This document shows, piece after piece, positions 25,919 through 64,000 of a stretch of 64,000 nt of DNA. This stretch comes from Chrysomallon squamiferum. Taxonomy: Eukaryota > Animalia > Mollusca. Numbering within the stretch: the first letter of the stretch is position 1; each line of letters opens with the position of its first letter. The notes below the pieces were generated by a model, which was not told the origin of the DNA, searched no databases, and saw nothing but the letters and a program-made list of their open reading frames with translations. The DNA is taken from assembly GCA_012295275.1 (NCBI GenBank), contig CM022668.1, positions 5,766,001-5,830,000 on the forward strand, read 5' to 3'. The position numbers were made by a program, and so were the translations under genes.

Positions 25919-26368
25919 AAAGAAAGAAAGAAAGAACGAAAGAAAGAATACGAAAAAAATATATTAAAAAGAACAAAATTTAAAAAACAAAAACGACAAA
26001 CAAACAGAAAACAAACAATGACAATAACTTTATCTCACCACCCACTTTGATGAACAAATCACAGAGATTTATAATCTCTGCCACACTTGACATTTCAGGT
26101 CACAGAGAAGTAGTCAGTTGACATTTTCACTTCCTATTGCGACAGAAATGTCAGCAGATCACGTGACGTCGCTCGCCGCTCGTGTTTGTTTTGGCGGAAA
26201 GGAAAAGATGAACAAAACAAATAAGTGTGTACGACGTGGTTGTCGTGGGTGTTCACGTTGTCGTGGCGTGGTTCTAAGTTTGTCACTAAACTCGCTCGTA
26301 GTTGTCTCGTTTATACGTATGACTGTGTGTTGTTTGGAATGCAGCGTTACACAACATTCATAGACGTC

Positions 26369-26502
<134 letters not shown>

Positions 26503-27506
26503 TCTATTGAAATTTGTTGTAAAGACAGAGTTAAATAGACTAACAAATGAATAAATTTTAACAGAACAGAAAAAGAAAAAAATGAGTGTTAGAAGTAGAG
26601 AAAGAAACAGAAAAAAAAAAAAGAAAAAGAAATAAGATAAAAAGAAAATAAGAAATAACAGGAAGAAATAGAGAGAGAGTCTGCCTGTCTCGGTGCAGGT
26701 TTCATTGAAATTAATTGAAGTCAATAACAAATAATATTTTCAGAAACAAGCTGCCTGTCTCGGTGCATTCAACAACAAGCGATCAACAACTGCTGATAGA
26801 GATAAATCAATGCACGTGTTTAGAAAATAGCATGCGTCTGATTGGCAGAAACGAAAATAATACTTTCCTGACAGACATGTGAACTGCACAGAGCGTCAAC
26901 AAGCGTTGCAAGGAAGTGGTTGGGAGAAGTGATAACAAAACAGAGTTGATCTCAGATAATGAATAAATAGTCTGATTGTGATAGAGCAGAAAGAGCCTGA
27001 ATTATTACTATAATAATAATAATAATAATAATAATAATTATAAATGTTATCATTATCATTATAATCATCATCATTATTATCATCATTATTATCATTATTT
27101 TCATTATCATCATGATCATTATTATCATTATTGTTATTATTATTATCATCATCATCATTAATACCGTTATCATTATTATTTTCATTATCATCATCATCAT
27201 TATTATCATTATTATTATTAAAAAAATTCGATTATATGAATATTAACGAATAATTGAAATTACAGTGGATTTCATTAACACTACAAGTATCATCACATCA
27301 TCATCATTATCATCTCTTCATCATCATCATCATCACATCATCATAATCATCATCGTCAATTCTATCCCTAAGTAATAATTTAATTTAAAATATTTGATAT
27401 CACCGATTATCAGAACTTGCTTTTGATATGTAACTGTATATATATATCTTATTCAAAATTTAGATATTATAATTACTACATTAATTATATCATTCATTTG
27501 TTACTT

Positions 27507-27537
<31 letters not shown>

Positions 27538-27543
27538 TTTCAG

Positions 27544-63788
<36,245 letters not shown>

Positions 63789-64000
63789 GTAAACAGTTGT
63801 TTGCTAGACCCAGTGTAGAATGTTCAGTGTTGCCAATACCTGTATTTTTAATTCAGTAAAGTGTTGAATGATTTAATCGTGTCTTTGGATGTGAGGTAAA
63901 TGTAGATATTATGAATCCAGGCAAATGAAGATTTTAAAGTAATTAAAGGATGATATGATTTCAGACGATATGAATGAATGAATATATATATATATATATA

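Overview
AT-rich, microsatellite-dense animal genomic DNA. A lophotrochozoan, probably molluscan, source is inferred from composition and gene content only. Almost all ORF-track entries are simple-repeat artefacts. Positions 1-27 kb are non-coding: a ~6.2 kb-period tandem duplication, an inverted segment copy and minisatellites. From 27544 to the window end, I reconstructed one large + strand gene model of 23 exons by reading GT-AG sites and reading-frame phases. It encodes six tandem LamG/pentraxin-like (ConA-like, ADGRD1/GPR133-type) domains. These are followed by an alpha-neurexin-like ectodomain (LNS2-LNS3-EGF-LNS4-LNS5-EGF-LNS6), a Pro/Gly stalk and one transmembrane helix. The long Gly/Ala/Tyr-rich cytoplasmic region runs, within the same exon, into a WD40-like repeat that continues out of the window. 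The intron between the two halves holds three tandem 40-nt ATG-hydrophobic-G|GTAAGT units in frame with the neurexin half, which look like triplicated alternative signal-peptide first exons of an internal promoter. Five frame-disrupted sites in four exons, mostly at G/C homopolymers, are probably assembly errors. The gene's 5' start exon and 3' end were not identified.
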